DNA of 64,000 nt from an uncultured virus (IMG/VR IMGVR_UViG_3300050821_006652) (lineage: Duplodnaviria; Heunggongvirae; Uroviricota; Caudoviricetes), in IMG/VR virus record IMGVR_UViG_3300050821_006652, one strand, 5' to 3'. The position numbers and the translations under genes are program-made. This document shows positions 10,535 through 19,642 of this stretch, piece after piece (positions within the stretch are counted from its first letter, which is position 1; every line of letters starts with the position of its first letter). The notes below the pieces were generated by a model that was given only the letters and a program-made list of their open reading frames with translations, searched no databases and was not told the origin of the DNA.

Positions 10535-10986
10535 CAAAGCCTCTAATCGTCGGAGAGTGGAACCCCTACCCGGACAAGGACGACGCCTTCGCCCTCTACC
10601 CGTCGCCGGAAGGGTGCAGCGGGCACCGGCTGTGCTGCCTGATCCTGGGGATGCGCCGGGCGACTTACCTGGAAAGTTTCGACCGCTGCAACCTGGTCAA
10701 CGGGGAGAAGTGGACCATGAAGGCGGCGCGGGCGAAGGCAACCGAGTTGGCCGAGAAGAGACCGCGAGTCATCCTGCTCGGATCGAAAGTATGTTCAGCT
10801 TTCGGCGTCCCGTTCAAGCCGTTCGAGGTCGCGGAAAGCCCGCTTAAATTCGCGATTGTGTTGCCGCACCCTAGCGGACTTTGCCGACTGTGGAACTTGG
10901 ATAATGCCTTCGCCAAGGCTCGCGATGCCGTGGCCGCGTTCGTCCCGGAAGTAGGCCCTCACTTGGGAGTGGCCGATGGAGAATGA
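10531..10986 (+). CDS. uracil-DNA glycosylase-like fold protein
   Basis: LIVGE, SG..L, VILLG..V, VLPHPSG motifs of the UDG superfamily. Confidence 0.65.
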   Translation: MTKPLIVGEWNPYPDKDDAFALYPSPEGCSGHRLCCLILGMRRATYLESFDRCNLVNGEKWTMKAARAKATELAEKRPRVILLGSKVCSAFGVPFKPFEVAESPLKFAIVLPHPSGLCRLWNLDNAFAKARDAVAAFVPEVGPHLGVADGE

Positions 10987-11158
10987 TCGACACGAACGAC
11001 GGGAAAGGCTGTGCCGACGCGCCTGCGAGTTGATGGGTTGGGAATACAAGGTCCACCCCGCCTACGCTGGCATACGGAAAGTGGCGAATGGTGAGGCCGT
11101 GGCAATCAGCCTGGAGAAGTTAGAAGAGGTTATCAAACGACTGGAGGCGCGGCCATGA
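10976..11158 (+). CDS. hypothetical protein
   Basis: operon packing. Confidence 0.5.
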   Translation: MENDRHERRERLCRRACELMGWEYKVHPAYAGIRKVANGEAVAISLEKLEEVIKRLEARP

Positions 11159-11442
11159 CCTGCCAACACGAAGGCTGCCACGAAACCGAAAACCTCGTCC
11201 CGTGCTACCTGCCAGACACGGACACGGCGGGCGAGCCGGACGATTACTTTTGTGCCGAGCATTGCCACGATGCCGGGTACTGCTTCATGTGCGGCGGGTT
11301 CTTCGCTGGAATATGTGATTTTGATTTCTCCAAGGACGGCATGTGTGAGACGTGCCGGTCCGAAAGCGATTCCGACGACGATTCAGATTGGGACGAAGCG
11401 TTCATCGAAAACGATTACTGGCCACCGGAGGATGACCTATGA
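11155..11442 (+). CDS. Cys-rich acidic hypothetical protein
   Basis: multiple CxxC, ATGA coupling. Confidence 0.6.
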   Translation: MTCQHEGCHETENLVPCYLPDTDTAGEPDDYFCAEHCHDAGYCFMCGGFFAGICDFDFSKDGMCETCRSESDSDDDSDWDEAFIENDYWPPEDDL

Positions 11443-11780
11443 CAAAAATAAATTGCGCCGTATGCGGCAAGCCGTTCCACACCGAGGACGAAGAACGCTC
11501 TTGCCCCGATTGCGAGCAAGAGGCCGACAGGGACGAAGAGTTTTCCGTGTGCCCAATCTGTTCCAGCATGATGGAGTGGGAGCAATGTTGGAATTGCCAC
11601 GGCGAAGGGGGATTCCACGATTGCGGCGAAGATTGCTGCCCATGCCTTCACCCGGAACTTGATCTGAACGAAGTCTGCGAAGAGTGCAACGGAGTGGGCG
11701 GTTATCAGGTTTGCCTGTCCTTGCCGCACACCGACGAACAAATGGCCGAATATCGGAAGAGAACGGAGGCCGCGAAATGA
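11439..11780 (+). CDS. Cys-rich (CxxCxGxG) Zn-finger protein
   Basis: CWNCHGEG, CEECNGVG. Confidence 0.6.
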   Translation: MTKINCAVCGKPFHTEDEERSCPDCEQEADRDEEFSVCPICSSMMEWEQCWNCHGEGGFHDCGEDCCPCLHPELDLNEVCEECNGVGGYQVCLSLPHTDEQMAEYRKRTEAAK

Positions 11781-11977
11781 GCGACGAATATTGGGAAGTA
11801 ACAGTTATCCGCAACGGCCACCTAATTGCTGAAATCTCCAGCAACCACGTTATCGGGTGCGAACTAACAGCCGAGGATGAAGCGTGTATCCGCAACTGCG
11901 CGGAACACCTGTTGTCTTTCGTGGGACGGGAAGCGGTGGTTTTGGAAGAGGCGAAGGAAGGCGACTTGCCATTTTGA
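11777..11977 (+). CDS. hypothetical protein
   Basis: ATGA coupling, DLPF terminus. Confidence 0.5.
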   Translation: MSDEYWEVTVIRNGHLIAEISSNHVIGCELTAEDEACIRNCAEHLLSFVGREAVVLEEAKEGDLPF

Positions 11978-11987
11978 GGATCAAGCA

Positions 11988-12248
11988 ATGAGGAAGCCAT
12001 GCACCAATCATTCGATATTTACCTTGAGCCACCTTGTTTATCCGATTCTCTTGGCCCAAGAAGCCGGGGAAATAACCGAGGCAAAGGCCGCCGAGTTAAT
12101 CGGAAAAGACATCGTGAGCCTGCGCGAGCTGAAGGCGAAAGCGGTGAAGGCGATTGTCAAGATGGTGAAGTCGTTACCATCGCCGTTGATCTCGCTTCTG
12201 GAAGGTATGAAGGACTGGCCAAAGTCATCGACCGCGCCAAAAGGATAG
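11988..12248 (+). CDS. hypothetical protein, possible HTH
   Basis: GEITEAKAAELIG. Confidence 0.5.
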   Translation: MRKPCTNHSIFTLSHLVYPILLAQEAGEITEAKAAELIGKDIVSLRELKAKAVKAIVKMVKSLPSPLISLLEGMKDWPKSSTAPKG

Positions 12249-12342
12249 TTCAGTTCCCGTACAAGGGAAATCCACGGCACCGCTGTTGGTTGGCACCTAG
12301 CGAGATGCCGATGCCGCCCATTGATTGCGTTTAGGAGTACCG

Positions 12343-12597
12343 ATGGCTGTGAAAGAAATCATCGACTTTGGGGAAACGAAAGTGCCGCTCAATTGGACAG
12401 GCGGCGAAGAAATGACCGTCGAACAGTGGGGCCAGCGAGAATGGGATTCAGGAAATAAGACCGGGCGCGAGAATGGCGTCAAGGCCGCCGTGGTCAAACT
12501 TAAGTTGATAGCTGGCGACAGATTCATGCTTGGGAATGACGAAGAAGCGCGGCTGATCCGGGCGCTGGCGGAACAGGTTGCTAAGGAGTGTAAGTGA
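12343..12597 (+). CDS. hypothetical protein
   Basis: AGGAG RBS. Confidence 0.55.
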   Translation: MAVKEIIDFGETKVPLNWTGGEEMTVEQWGQREWDSGNKTGRENGVKAAVVKLKLIAGDRFMLGNDEEARLIRALAEQVAKECK

Positions 12598-12860
12598 TGC
12601 CTACCTGGATAGAGTTCACCGAGGTTGAAAGATCGCCCAGCGGCAAGACGCGGCGTTGGAACGTCACGTCCAGAGAGGGCGGTGGGCTTATCGGCGCGGT
12701 GCAATGGCACGCCCCTTGGCGGAAGTATTGCTTCTTCCCGCGCGACCAGACAGTTTTCGAGGAAGATTGCCTGCGCGATATAGCGAAGTTCATCGAAGCG
12801 GCGACCTTGGAACACAAGCGAGTCGCCAATGAACTAAAGGGCAAAATGATTGATGGATAA
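12594..12860 (+). CDS. hypothetical phage protein
   Basis: KTRRW...W..WRKYCFFP...F..DCL.DI pattern. Confidence 0.6.
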   Translation: MMPTWIEFTEVERSPSGKTRRWNVTSREGGGLIGAVQWHAPWRKYCFFPRDQTVFEEDCLRDIAKFIEAATLEHKRVANELKGKMIDG

Positions 12861-12864
12861 CGAA

Positions 12865-12892
12865 AAAGCCCGGCCAATGACCGGGCTTTGTT
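12865..12892. terminator. bidirectional intrinsic terminator between convergent operons
   Basis: AAAGCCCGG-ccaatga-CCGGGCTTT hairpin with A/T tails. Confidence 0.8.
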
Positions 12893-12922
12893 CGTCAATG
12901 CGGAGGAGAGGGGGGGGGGGGC

Positions 12923-13324
12923 TTACGGATTGGCCACTGGTGCCCCGTGGGTGATCGTGATACCTGCGGGACCGCCAGCGGCGACGGTCACGGGATAGCT
13001 GAACGAAAACGGCCCGAATCCGCCTGTGGCAAACGTGGCCACCACGGTCACGTTGGCGGTTCCGACCGGGCCGGGAGCCGATTCCTTGTAGGTCAGCCCC
13101 ACAGGCGCGGCGACGGCGAGCGTGGCGGGCGTGTCACTGGTCACGGCCAAGGTGACGCTCAGGCTCGCGGGGTCTATCACGTTGCCGCCGCCGTCCACCA
13201 CGTTGACGGTCACGGTGTCTCCGGTGCCTTCTTGGAGCGAGAAGCCGACCGGCGCGGCGGCGGCAGCGGCCTTGGCAGCTGGTTTCATCCCCTTCTTTGC
13301 CCACGATACGGTACAGGTTGCCAT
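12923..13324 (-). CDS. beta-rich (Ig-like) hypothetical protein
   Basis: alternating T/V strands, VTSDTPATLAV, GTANVTV. Confidence 0.6.
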   Translation of the reverse strand: MATCTVSWAKKGMKPAAKAAAAAAPVGFSLQEGTGDTVTVNVVDGGGNVIDPASLSVTLAVTSDTPATLAVAAPVGLTYKESAPGPVGTANVTVVATFATGGFGPFSFSYPVTVAAGGPAGITITHGAPVANP

Positions 13325-13364
13325 AGATTGTTTCCTTTCGTTTGAGGCGGGCGACAAGTGTAAT

Positions 13365-13643
13365 TTACGGGTTCTTCGTCACTGGTCCATGCGTCACGTC
13401 GATGCCTGTTGGTGTGCCGGGCGGCGGGTCGATCTTGTCCGCCAGCCGCTTATACAGATTCGCCAGCTCCGTTTCCTTGGCCAGTATCTTGGCGAACATC
13501 TGCCGCACGTCCCCCATCGAGAGGTAGGTTGCCATGTACGTCTCGGCATCGCCGCGAGAGGCAAACCACACCGAGGGCATCAAGTCCGGGCCGGTGATGG
13601 CCCAGCCTGGGGTGCCGCCGAGGTCGAGGGGATTGAGGCTCAT
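13365..13643 (-). CDS. hypothetical protein
   Basis: GGAG RBS, ATGA coupling. Confidence 0.6.
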   Translation of the reverse strand: MSLNPLDLGGTPGWAITGPDLMPSVWFASRGDAETYMATYLSMGDVRQMFAKILAKETELANLYKRLADKIDPPPGTPTGIDVTHGPVTKNP

Positions 13644-13840
13644 GGCGATACTCCGGGGCGCGGTTGCAACGAGAACCCATCAGCAGCATATCGTGCTTGC
13701 TGAATCAGAGTAGGCCCGGCGGCGCGGATTTCGTCCAAGTTGGACGCTACCCATTGCATCAGAAACAACACAGTATTGCCAGGGCCGCTCAAGTCTAAGA
13801 GCGTCATGGCCGCATCGGTGATTTGTTCTTGCGTGAACAT
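13640..13840 (-). CDS. hypothetical protein
   Basis: AGGAG RBS. Confidence 0.55.
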   Translation of the reverse strand: MFTQEQITDAAMTLLDLSGPGNTVLFLMQWVASNLDEIRAAGPTLIQQARYAADGFSLQPRPGVSP

Positions 13841-13850
13841 GGCGATACTC

Positions 13851-14141
13851 CTAGGCCGCCCCGCTCATCACTTGGCCGAGCAACTGCACCAAGATCGGCA
13901 GCAAGGCCCCCCAGTTGATCGACGGCAACTTGAGTTGTGCGATGGCGTGGCTGGACAGCGTTGCGCCCGCGGGCACCGCGTTCGGGGTTGCCGGGGGTGC
14001 GGGAGCGGTCGGGGCCGGGGCGAACGTGGCGATACCCGTGTTGATGATGTCCGTGAGGGCCTGCACCGCGCCCTGCCAAGTCGCGTTGTTGCGCTTGGCG
14101 AAATAGTCTTCGAGGTAAGTGATGTCTGCCAAGATGTTCAT
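13851..14141 (-). CDS. small protein with hydrophobic/amphipathic C-terminal helix
   Basis: INWGALLPILVQLLGQVM; AAGGA RBS. Confidence 0.6.
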   Translation of the reverse strand: MNILADITYLEDYFAKRNNATWQGAVQALTDIINTGIATFAPAPTAPAPPATPNAVPAGATLSSHAIAQLKLPSINWGALLPILVQLLGQVMSGAA

Positions 14142-14257
14142 GGGAGTCCTTTCATAAAAAATGCCAGCGAGAGTTGCTCCTCCCGCTGGCTCTCTCCAAA
14201 GTACCACCACTCGCTTTACGGCCCCTATTGTCGCCTGAACAAGCCGATTGGTCAAGA

Positions 14258-15949
14258 CTAAAGCTGGACCTCTTCCATGCGAACGTGCCCGCCCTGCGCT
14301 TGCTTGAGCAAGATCATGTCAATGAACTTGTTGGCCTGTGCCAGGAGTTGCCGCAGGTACGGCGACCGCTGCATCGCTTCGAGCGTGGCGAAAGCCCGGT
14401 CCACGTCCGCAATCTCCTGCGCGATCGGCAGCACGGGCGGCGGGTTGACCGGGGGAGGGGGTGGCGGAGGCGGTGGAGGCGGCTTCGTGCCCGTGGGTGC
14501 CCCCAGCGCCGCCGCCAGAATCTTCGAGAAGTCCGGCGAACCCAGCCCGGTCGGATAGTCATATCCAGGCCCGGCACTGTACTGTCCGTTCGTCCCCACC
14601 GTCACATCGTTGCAAGCATGGGGATTGGCGTACAAGAGGGCGTGGAGGTCGGCAATCGGCGGTTTGCCAGCGGCGGCGAGGGCTTGGTTCACCAGAGCGA
14701 TCCCGCCCGCCCACATCGGGGAAGCCCCGGAAGTCCCGCCCACGGTTCCCGCCGATGTCGCATACCCGGTCCCAGGATCACCAGGAGCAGATACGTCACA
14801 CACCCCGCGCGTCGTGCCAGCCGCAAAGCCGGTCTGGTAGTCGGGCTTGGGCCAGAACTCGCTGGGTGCCCCGCCCGTCGCCCCACCGCCAGAGGTCTGG
14901 CCACCCCACGCCATCTCGCCAGGCCCAGCACCACGAAGGCCGCCCACGCCTACCACGGCTGGGCCAGAAGCCGGGAAATCTCCGTGCGGCTTGCCGTCGC
15001 CAACGCCATCATCGCTGCCGTTATCGCCAGCAGCCGCGTGCATTGGGCAGGGCGGATTGTTCGCCTTCCCCTGTGCCGCAATGCCGTTCATGGTTTGCAT
15101 GGCTTGCTGGGTCCACGATGGCTCTGGCGAGCCCCAAGATGTGCTGGAAACAACCGACGTGCAACCTGCCGGAAGCGGGTCATTAACGATATGGGACCAC
15201 CCATCCGCGAAGCCGGCGTCTGAGTTGGGAGCCATAAATACTTGGATATGCGCCCCAGGAGCCATACCGCCCGACACGCAAATGTCCAAGGCCGTTTCCA
15301 CATCCGCGCCGTTCGGGTCTGCCCCAGGAACAAAGTTCGCACCGTCCACGCTGACGTACTCAATCGTCGGAGTTGCCAGCCCAATCCCAGAAAAGAACGC
15401 AGCAATGTCCGCGTCCAACGGTCGCCCGCCGAGGGCAATCACCCGGATGCAGCACCCCGTCCCATCCACACCAGGCGGCGCGTTGTAGACCTGCGCGAGT
15501 TGAGGCCCCGTGTACCCGCCCATCCCCGGCACGCGCGGCATCACCAGAGGCTTGCGATAGTGCGGCTTCGCTATCGGCCCATCGTCCAGGCCCAGCACCG
15601 ACTGGATCGACCCCGCCAGTTCTTCGGGGATGTGAATCGGGCCGTCCCTGCCACGGTGTTTCGTGCCGTTCGTGTGCTGCACGGCCTTGAGTTGCACCAT
15701 GAACGCCTTTTCCATCGCGTCCACCGTGCCCGTGAGTTGGACATAACCCGTGTGATTTTCGTCGATAGTCAGGCCCTTGGCGACGGCGAATGCGCGAATG
15801 GCTGCCAGGGAATCGGATGATCTGGAATCGAATTTTCTTAGGTATACACTGACCGTCAGAACTTGGGATTTATCGGCGGGAGCCATGATCCTTGCCCCGA
15901 ATGGCATCGACTTGGCAGAGCCGGGGAGAACGACGTAATTTCCAGCCAT
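14258..15949 (-). CDS. S53 family serine-carboxyl peptidase (sedolisin/kumamolisin-like) with pro-domain
   Basis: pro-domain (GTVDAMEKAF...SVLGLDD), ETALD (Glu/Asp), STSWG, AAAGDNG, GGTSGA (Ser), NDVTVG..GYDYPTGLGSP; poly-Pro linker plus helical tail. Confidence 0.92.
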   Translation of the reverse strand: MAGNYVVLPGSAKSMPFGARIMAPADKSQVLTVSVYLRKFDSRSSDSLAAIRAFAVAKGLTIDENHTGYVQLTGTVDAMEKAFMVQLKAVQHTNGTKHRGRDGPIHIPEELAGSIQSVLGLDDGPIAKPHYRKPLVMPRVPGMGGYTGPQLAQVYNAPPGVDGTGCCIRVIALGGRPLDADIAAFFSGIGLATPTIEYVSVDGANFVPGADPNGADVETALDICVSGGMAPGAHIQVFMAPNSDAGFADGWSHIVNDPLPAGCTSVVSSTSWGSPEPSWTQQAMQTMNGIAAQGKANNPPCPMHAAAGDNGSDDGVGDGKPHGDFPASGPAVVGVGGLRGAGPGEMAWGGQTSGGGATGGAPSEFWPKPDYQTGFAAGTTRGVCDVSAPGDPGTGYATSAGTVGGTSGASPMWAGGIALVNQALAAAGKPPIADLHALLYANPHACNDVTVGTNGQYSAGPGYDYPTGLGSPDFSKILAAALGAPTGTKPPPPPPPPPPPVNPPPVLPIAQEIADVDRAFATLEAMQRSPYLRQLLAQANKFIDMILLKQAQGGHVRMEEVQL

Positions 15950-16064
15950 GAAATTGTCCTTTAGGTTCAAGGTTTTCGATCCGAAATAAAGCAACTCGCT
16001 CGCGGCCATTACATCGCCGCGCAGCGTTTTCAGGACAGCGAGAATGTAATCGTTGAAGTCCATC

Positions 16065-16532
16065 CTAGGCCGGTTTGTTCTCGGCAATCAGGGCTGGCAT
16101 TTCCTGCATCGTCACATTTGCTTGGACCGTGGCGATTGCCCACTCCACCGACACGCCAACGTGACTGCGCGGCTGGATACCGGCATCACGCATCGCCTGC
16201 CGACGATGATCCTTCTGAAGAATGGCTTGTTTCCGATTGGGCCGCGTCAGAAATTCATGGTAATCAGCCGGGGTAGGCGTCGGGATCGGCTTCGGTGCCC
16301 CGCAGATGCCCCCCGTGCCGCCCAGCAAGCCGCCCAGGAGTTGCTGAAAGATTTGCAGGATGATCGGGCCGAGACTGCCCAAGATGCCGCCCAAGCCCCC
16401 CGTGCCGCCCAGGAGGGCCATCGCCTCATCACGCTTCTTGAGCATCATGGGGCCAGCGGTGGGGGCCGGTAGAGGCGGGGAGATAGCGGGTTCGCTCATG
16501 GGAGGTTCCTTTGCTTTTGAGTTGGGGGTCAT
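16065..16532 (-). CDS. hypothetical protein with Gly/Leu-rich hydrophobic segment
   Basis: LGSLGPIILQIFQQLLGGLLG. Confidence 0.6.
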   Translation of the reverse strand: MTPNSKAKEPPMSEPAISPPLPAPTAGPMMLKKRDEAMALLGGTGGLGGILGSLGPIILQIFQQLLGGLLGGTGGICGAPKPIPTPTPADYHEFLTRPNRKQAILQKDHRRQAMRDAGIQPRSHVGVSVEWAIATVQANVTMQEMPALIAENKPA

Positions 16533-16545
16533 GGAGTTGATTGTA

Positions 16546-16788
16546 TCACAATTTGCCGCGCTCTTCCTCCACGTCCGCGAACCGCGCTGGGCTTGCGGGG
16601 ATCAGCCGCTTCCCCATCGCGCGGAGGTGGATGATTGCCCGGTCAAGCGCGGAGGATTTGGCCCACTTGTACGGCCCGCACTTGACAGCTCCCGGTTCGT
16701 CGCGTGGCAACAGGTGTGCGCCGTAGAGCGCCCGCTCGTTCAGCCATTCGGCCACGACCTCTTGCAGCAGAATGTCGGCTGATTTCAT
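16546..16788 (-). CDS. hypothetical protein
   Basis: GAGG RBS, ATGA coupling. Confidence 0.5.
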   Translation of the reverse strand: MKSADILLQEVVAEWLNERALYGAHLLPRDEPGAVKCGPYKWAKSSALDRAIIHLRAMGKRLIPASPARFADVEEERGKL

Positions 16789-17093
16789 GGCTTCACCTCT
16801 GGCCAAAGGCCCATGCGGAAGTTCCGCTCCCCCACCATCTCGCGGCACTTCGCCGCCCACTTCGCCCGCGTCTCGCCAACTGGCCACTCGGCATCGGGCC
16901 TGCCCCAGGTTGTCCACCAGCACGCCCAGTACAAGTCCTTGAGGAATTGATAATGGGCCTTGCCCATCGGCGTCTCGGCTTCGCTCTGTCGCTGACAGGC
17001 CAAGTTGTAGGCCGCGCGGCAGGCTTCCTCGCATGGGAATCGGCGGTAATCCGGTGGGTCGCCAGCGAACAGCAGAAGGGCCACGGTGAGCAT
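16785..17093 (-). CDS. hypothetical protein with short hydrophobic N-terminus
   Basis: MLTVALLLFA; upstream TTGTTA-17-TAGAAT promoter. Confidence 0.55.
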   Translation of the reverse strand: MLTVALLLFAGDPPDYRRFPCEEACRAAYNLACQRQSEAETPMGKAHYQFLKDLYWACWWTTWGRPDAEWPVGETRAKWAAKCREMVGERNFRMGLWPEVKP

Positions 17094-17284
17094 CTTGCTT
17101 CCTCTGGCCAGATTCTAACCGCTGACGGGGGAAATAACAAACATTTCGGGGTTGCTTTTTCAGAAACCACGCATAGAATTTCGTTGTCTTGCCAAAGACC
17201 AAAACAACAGAACCACGCCGATCTTTACCCGCGCATCGTTCTTTGGCAAGACACTTGCCGGGTAGGATCGGCGCGTCGAGGTCA

Positions 17285-17515
17285 ATGATGCTAACTAACG
17301 ATGACGGCCAACCAATAACCGTGAAACAAGTTTGCGATGCCGCATGGGACCAATTCGGCATAGCCGCGATAGTGGCCGAACTTGCCGCGCGGCTCGCCTG
17401 GAACGCTCGCTTTGAATCCCCGAATCGCGCCGAGTTAATTTCTAAAGACGCGGACGCTATGCTCAAGATTGCCGAACGCCTTGAGCGGTGGACGGCAGAA
17501 GATGCGGTGGTATAA
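17285..17515 (+). CDS. hypothetical protein
   Basis: GAGGT RBS. Confidence 0.5.
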   Translation: MMLTNDDGQPITVKQVCDAAWDQFGIAAIVAELAARLAWNARFESPNRAELISKDADAMLKIAERLERWTAEDAVV

Positions 17516-17517
17516 AT

Positions 17518-17898
17518 ATGGCTCACAAATGGGAAATTTTCCACCCTTACCGATGGAGTTCCCGGCATCGCCGTTGTCGGGCTTGCGGACTGGTGCAGCA
17601 ATTTTCGTCCGCAAGCCGTCGCATCGGCGGCACGTCCGGGGGTTGGCATCCGCCATCCGGCAAGTGCGGTTTAGTCAATCTAAAACTCAAACGCATCGAG
17701 ACTGGCAGGTACAGGACGGAAGACGGTATTTTTGAGGTTTGGAAGGAACTCGATTGCAATGTCGAGTACGGTTGCCCTACGCGGTGGTTTGTCAATCACA
17801 AGAGCTATGACGAAACCCTGTATACGTCTGGGTTTCGCAAAAAGCAAGATGCCGTTGAATGGCTGAGTATTAATGCGACTGAATACATTGAGGAGTAA
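17518..17898 (+). CDS. hypothetical protein
   Basis: operon packing, CxxC. Confidence 0.5.
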   Translation: MAHKWEIFHPYRWSSRHRRCRACGLVQQFSSASRRIGGTSGGWHPPSGKCGLVNLKLKRIETGRYRTEDGIFEVWKELDCNVEYGCPTRWFVNHKSYDETLYTSGFRKKQDAVEWLSINATEYIEE

Positions 17899-17901
17899 CC
17901 C

Positions 17902-18111
17902 ATGAACACCGTTACCGCCATTGGTGCCCCTGGAAGCATCACCCGAAAATTCCAAGAGAATCCTTCGCACGGAGTCGATTGCTTCCGCGCCTTGCGGGAG
18001 ATAGTCGCCGTGATCCAGACGGATGAACTTATTCCAGATAGCGTATCGTACATGCGGCAAGCCCTGGAAGTGATTTCAGCGGCTGACAAGATGCTGGCAA
18101 TCAGGGAGTAA
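17902..18111 (+). CDS. hypothetical protein
   Basis: GAGGAG RBS. Confidence 0.55.
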   Translation: MNTVTAIGAPGSITRKFQENPSHGVDCFRALREIVAVIQTDELIPDSVSYMRQALEVISAADKMLAIRE

Positions 18112-18114
18112 GCC

Positions 18115-18342
18115 ATGATATGCAAATGTTGCGACGGAGAATTCATTCTGCGTGACGGATGCGAGGAAGGCGACTATTGCGATCCGTGCGCTCAAAAACT
18201 TGTCCCTGATTTGGTAACTGCCTTGCTGCTAATGGTGGCGAGCCACGGCATGCACGGACCTTGCCGACAAAACAACTGCCGCGATTGCGTGGCCTCTCGT
18301 AAACGTGCCGAGAAACTTCTTGAGAAAGTAGCGCAGCCATGA
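18115..18342 (+). CDS. Cys-rich hypothetical protein
   Basis: GGAG RBS. Confidence 0.55.
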   Translation: MICKCCDGEFILRDGCEEGDYCDPCAQKLVPDLVTALLLMVASHGMHGPCRQNNCRDCVASRKRAEKLLEKVAQP

Positions 18343-18773
18343 CAGGAAAAATGAAAATGGCCTTCGATGTTGGCGGGGTGCTGAGCAAGTACCCGCATAT
18401 CTTCAAGCCGCTCTTGAAGGCCCTGCATTGCGTTGCCGACGTTGAAGTTTGGATTATCAGCGACATGCACCCAGAGCAAAAGATAATCGACATGCTCCAA
18501 TTAAACGGCGTATCGTTCCTGATGCACCACGTTCGCTCCGCCGATTACAAAACCCACGGCGAAATGTGCAAGGCGGTCTTGTGCAAGGAACTCGGCATCG
18601 ACCTGTTGATAGACGACTTCCCCGGCTACGTCGCCAGCGGGAATCATGTTCGGCTGCTGGTCATGCCGCACCCAATGGAACCGTACTACCACGATGAATG
18701 GAAAACGGACGGTAGCGAAGGGTCTTTCGGGCGGCGTGTGCGACCAACCAAAGGCGACCACGTTTGGGAGTGA
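18339..18773 (+). CDS. HAD-superfamily-like protein (degenerate motif I)
   Basis: AFDVGGVL, WIIS, K...IDLLIDD. Confidence 0.6.
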   Translation: MTGKMKMAFDVGGVLSKYPHIFKPLLKALHCVADVEVWIISDMHPEQKIIDMLQLNGVSFLMHHVRSADYKTHGEMCKAVLCKELGIDLLIDDFPGYVASGNHVRLLVMPHPMEPYYHDEWKTDGSEGSFGRRVRPTKGDHVWE

Positions 18774-18775
18774 CA

Positions 18776-19099
18776 ATGACAGCCTACGAACGCAAGAAGG
18801 TCCGCGAGGCCATTCGATTGCTGAACAAGCCGATGAGCAAGGACCATTGGGGACCGGCGATATTCGCCCTCCAAGACGCCCTACGCGGCCAGCGGAAAGC
18901 CCCACGCAAGCGGAAGGCCGTCGCCAACTTGACGGCAAAAGATGTGCGGTCAATGTTCGCGGCGATGGATTTATCGGAAGATATGCGGCAAGCGAAGATC
19001 CCGAACTGCCAAGTATGCGGTCGGAAACTAAATTCGGAAGACGAACAAGAAATGGGAATGTGCGAAGCGTGTGCTAATTTGGAGTGCGAAAGACAATGA
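18776..19099 (+). CDS. hypothetical protein with C-terminal Zn finger
   Basis: CQVCGRKL...CEAC. Confidence 0.55.
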   Translation: MTAYERKKVREAIRLLNKPMSKDHWGPAIFALQDALRGQRKAPRKRKAVANLTAKDVRSMFAAMDLSEDMRQAKIPNCQVCGRKLNSEDEQEMGMCEACANLECERQ

Positions 19100-19404
19100 A
19101 AAAACCCGTTGACGAACTATGCGAGCGCTGTGGCGGTTGGGTCTGGCATAGGCTGGACCCGTGCAACTGCAAGCCTAACGCGCTCGCAACCACGATGGAC
19201 AATACCTTCTCCGGCCGGTTGAAAAAGACGCGGCTATCGCAAAACCTCAGCTTGGAGCAGGTTGCTCGCCGGGCCGGATTGTCCAAAACAGGCTACTGGC
19301 AAATCGAGAATGACCAGTCCGAACCGATGGCGAATACGCTAGTCGGACTGTCCAATGCGCTTGGGGTGTCCATCGACTGGCTCTTGACCGGCAAAGCCAA
19401 ATGA
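19096..19404 (+). CDS. XRE-family helix-turn-helix transcriptional regulator
   Basis: RLKKTRLSQNLSLEQVARRAGLSKTGYWQIEN...LGVSIDWLLTG. Confidence 0.9.
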   Translation: MKKPVDELCERCGGWVWHRLDPCNCKPNALATTMDNTFSGRLKKTRLSQNLSLEQVARRAGLSKTGYWQIENDQSEPMANTLVGLSNALGVSIDWLLTGKAK

Positions 19405-19604
19405 ACATCACCGGGCGCTATCTCGGCCACTTCGCGGACCACGGCTTTCTGTACGCCTACACCTGCCCATGCGGGCGCACCTTCCGCAGCGGTGCCCCGG
19501 AGTTGTCCGCCCCGGCTCTCTGCCACGCTTGCTATACCGGGAACCAAGACGCGCTGGCGAAGGCGGCACGGCGGGAGAAGCGGCGCAGGAAACGGCGCGG
19601 ATGA
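19401..19604 (+). CDS. small Zn-finger hypothetical protein
   Basis: CPCG...CHAC. Confidence 0.55.
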   Translation: MNITGRYLGHFADHGFLYAYTCPCGRTFRSGAPELSAPALCHACYTGNQDALAKAARREKRRRKRRG

Positions 19605-19607
19605 GGC

Positions 19608-19636
19608 TTGCTTTTTCTGGGGAGATGGTTTACAGT
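19608..19636 (+). promoter_or_regulatory. sigma70-like promoter
   Basis: TTGCTT-17 nt-TACAGT. Confidence 0.6.
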
Positions 19637-19642
19637 GGGAAA

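Noticed and set aside
11439..19604. CxxCH motifs in small cytoplasmic proteins (e.g. CWNCH) as cytochromes
   Set aside because: No signal peptides; context is multi-CxxC zinc fingers
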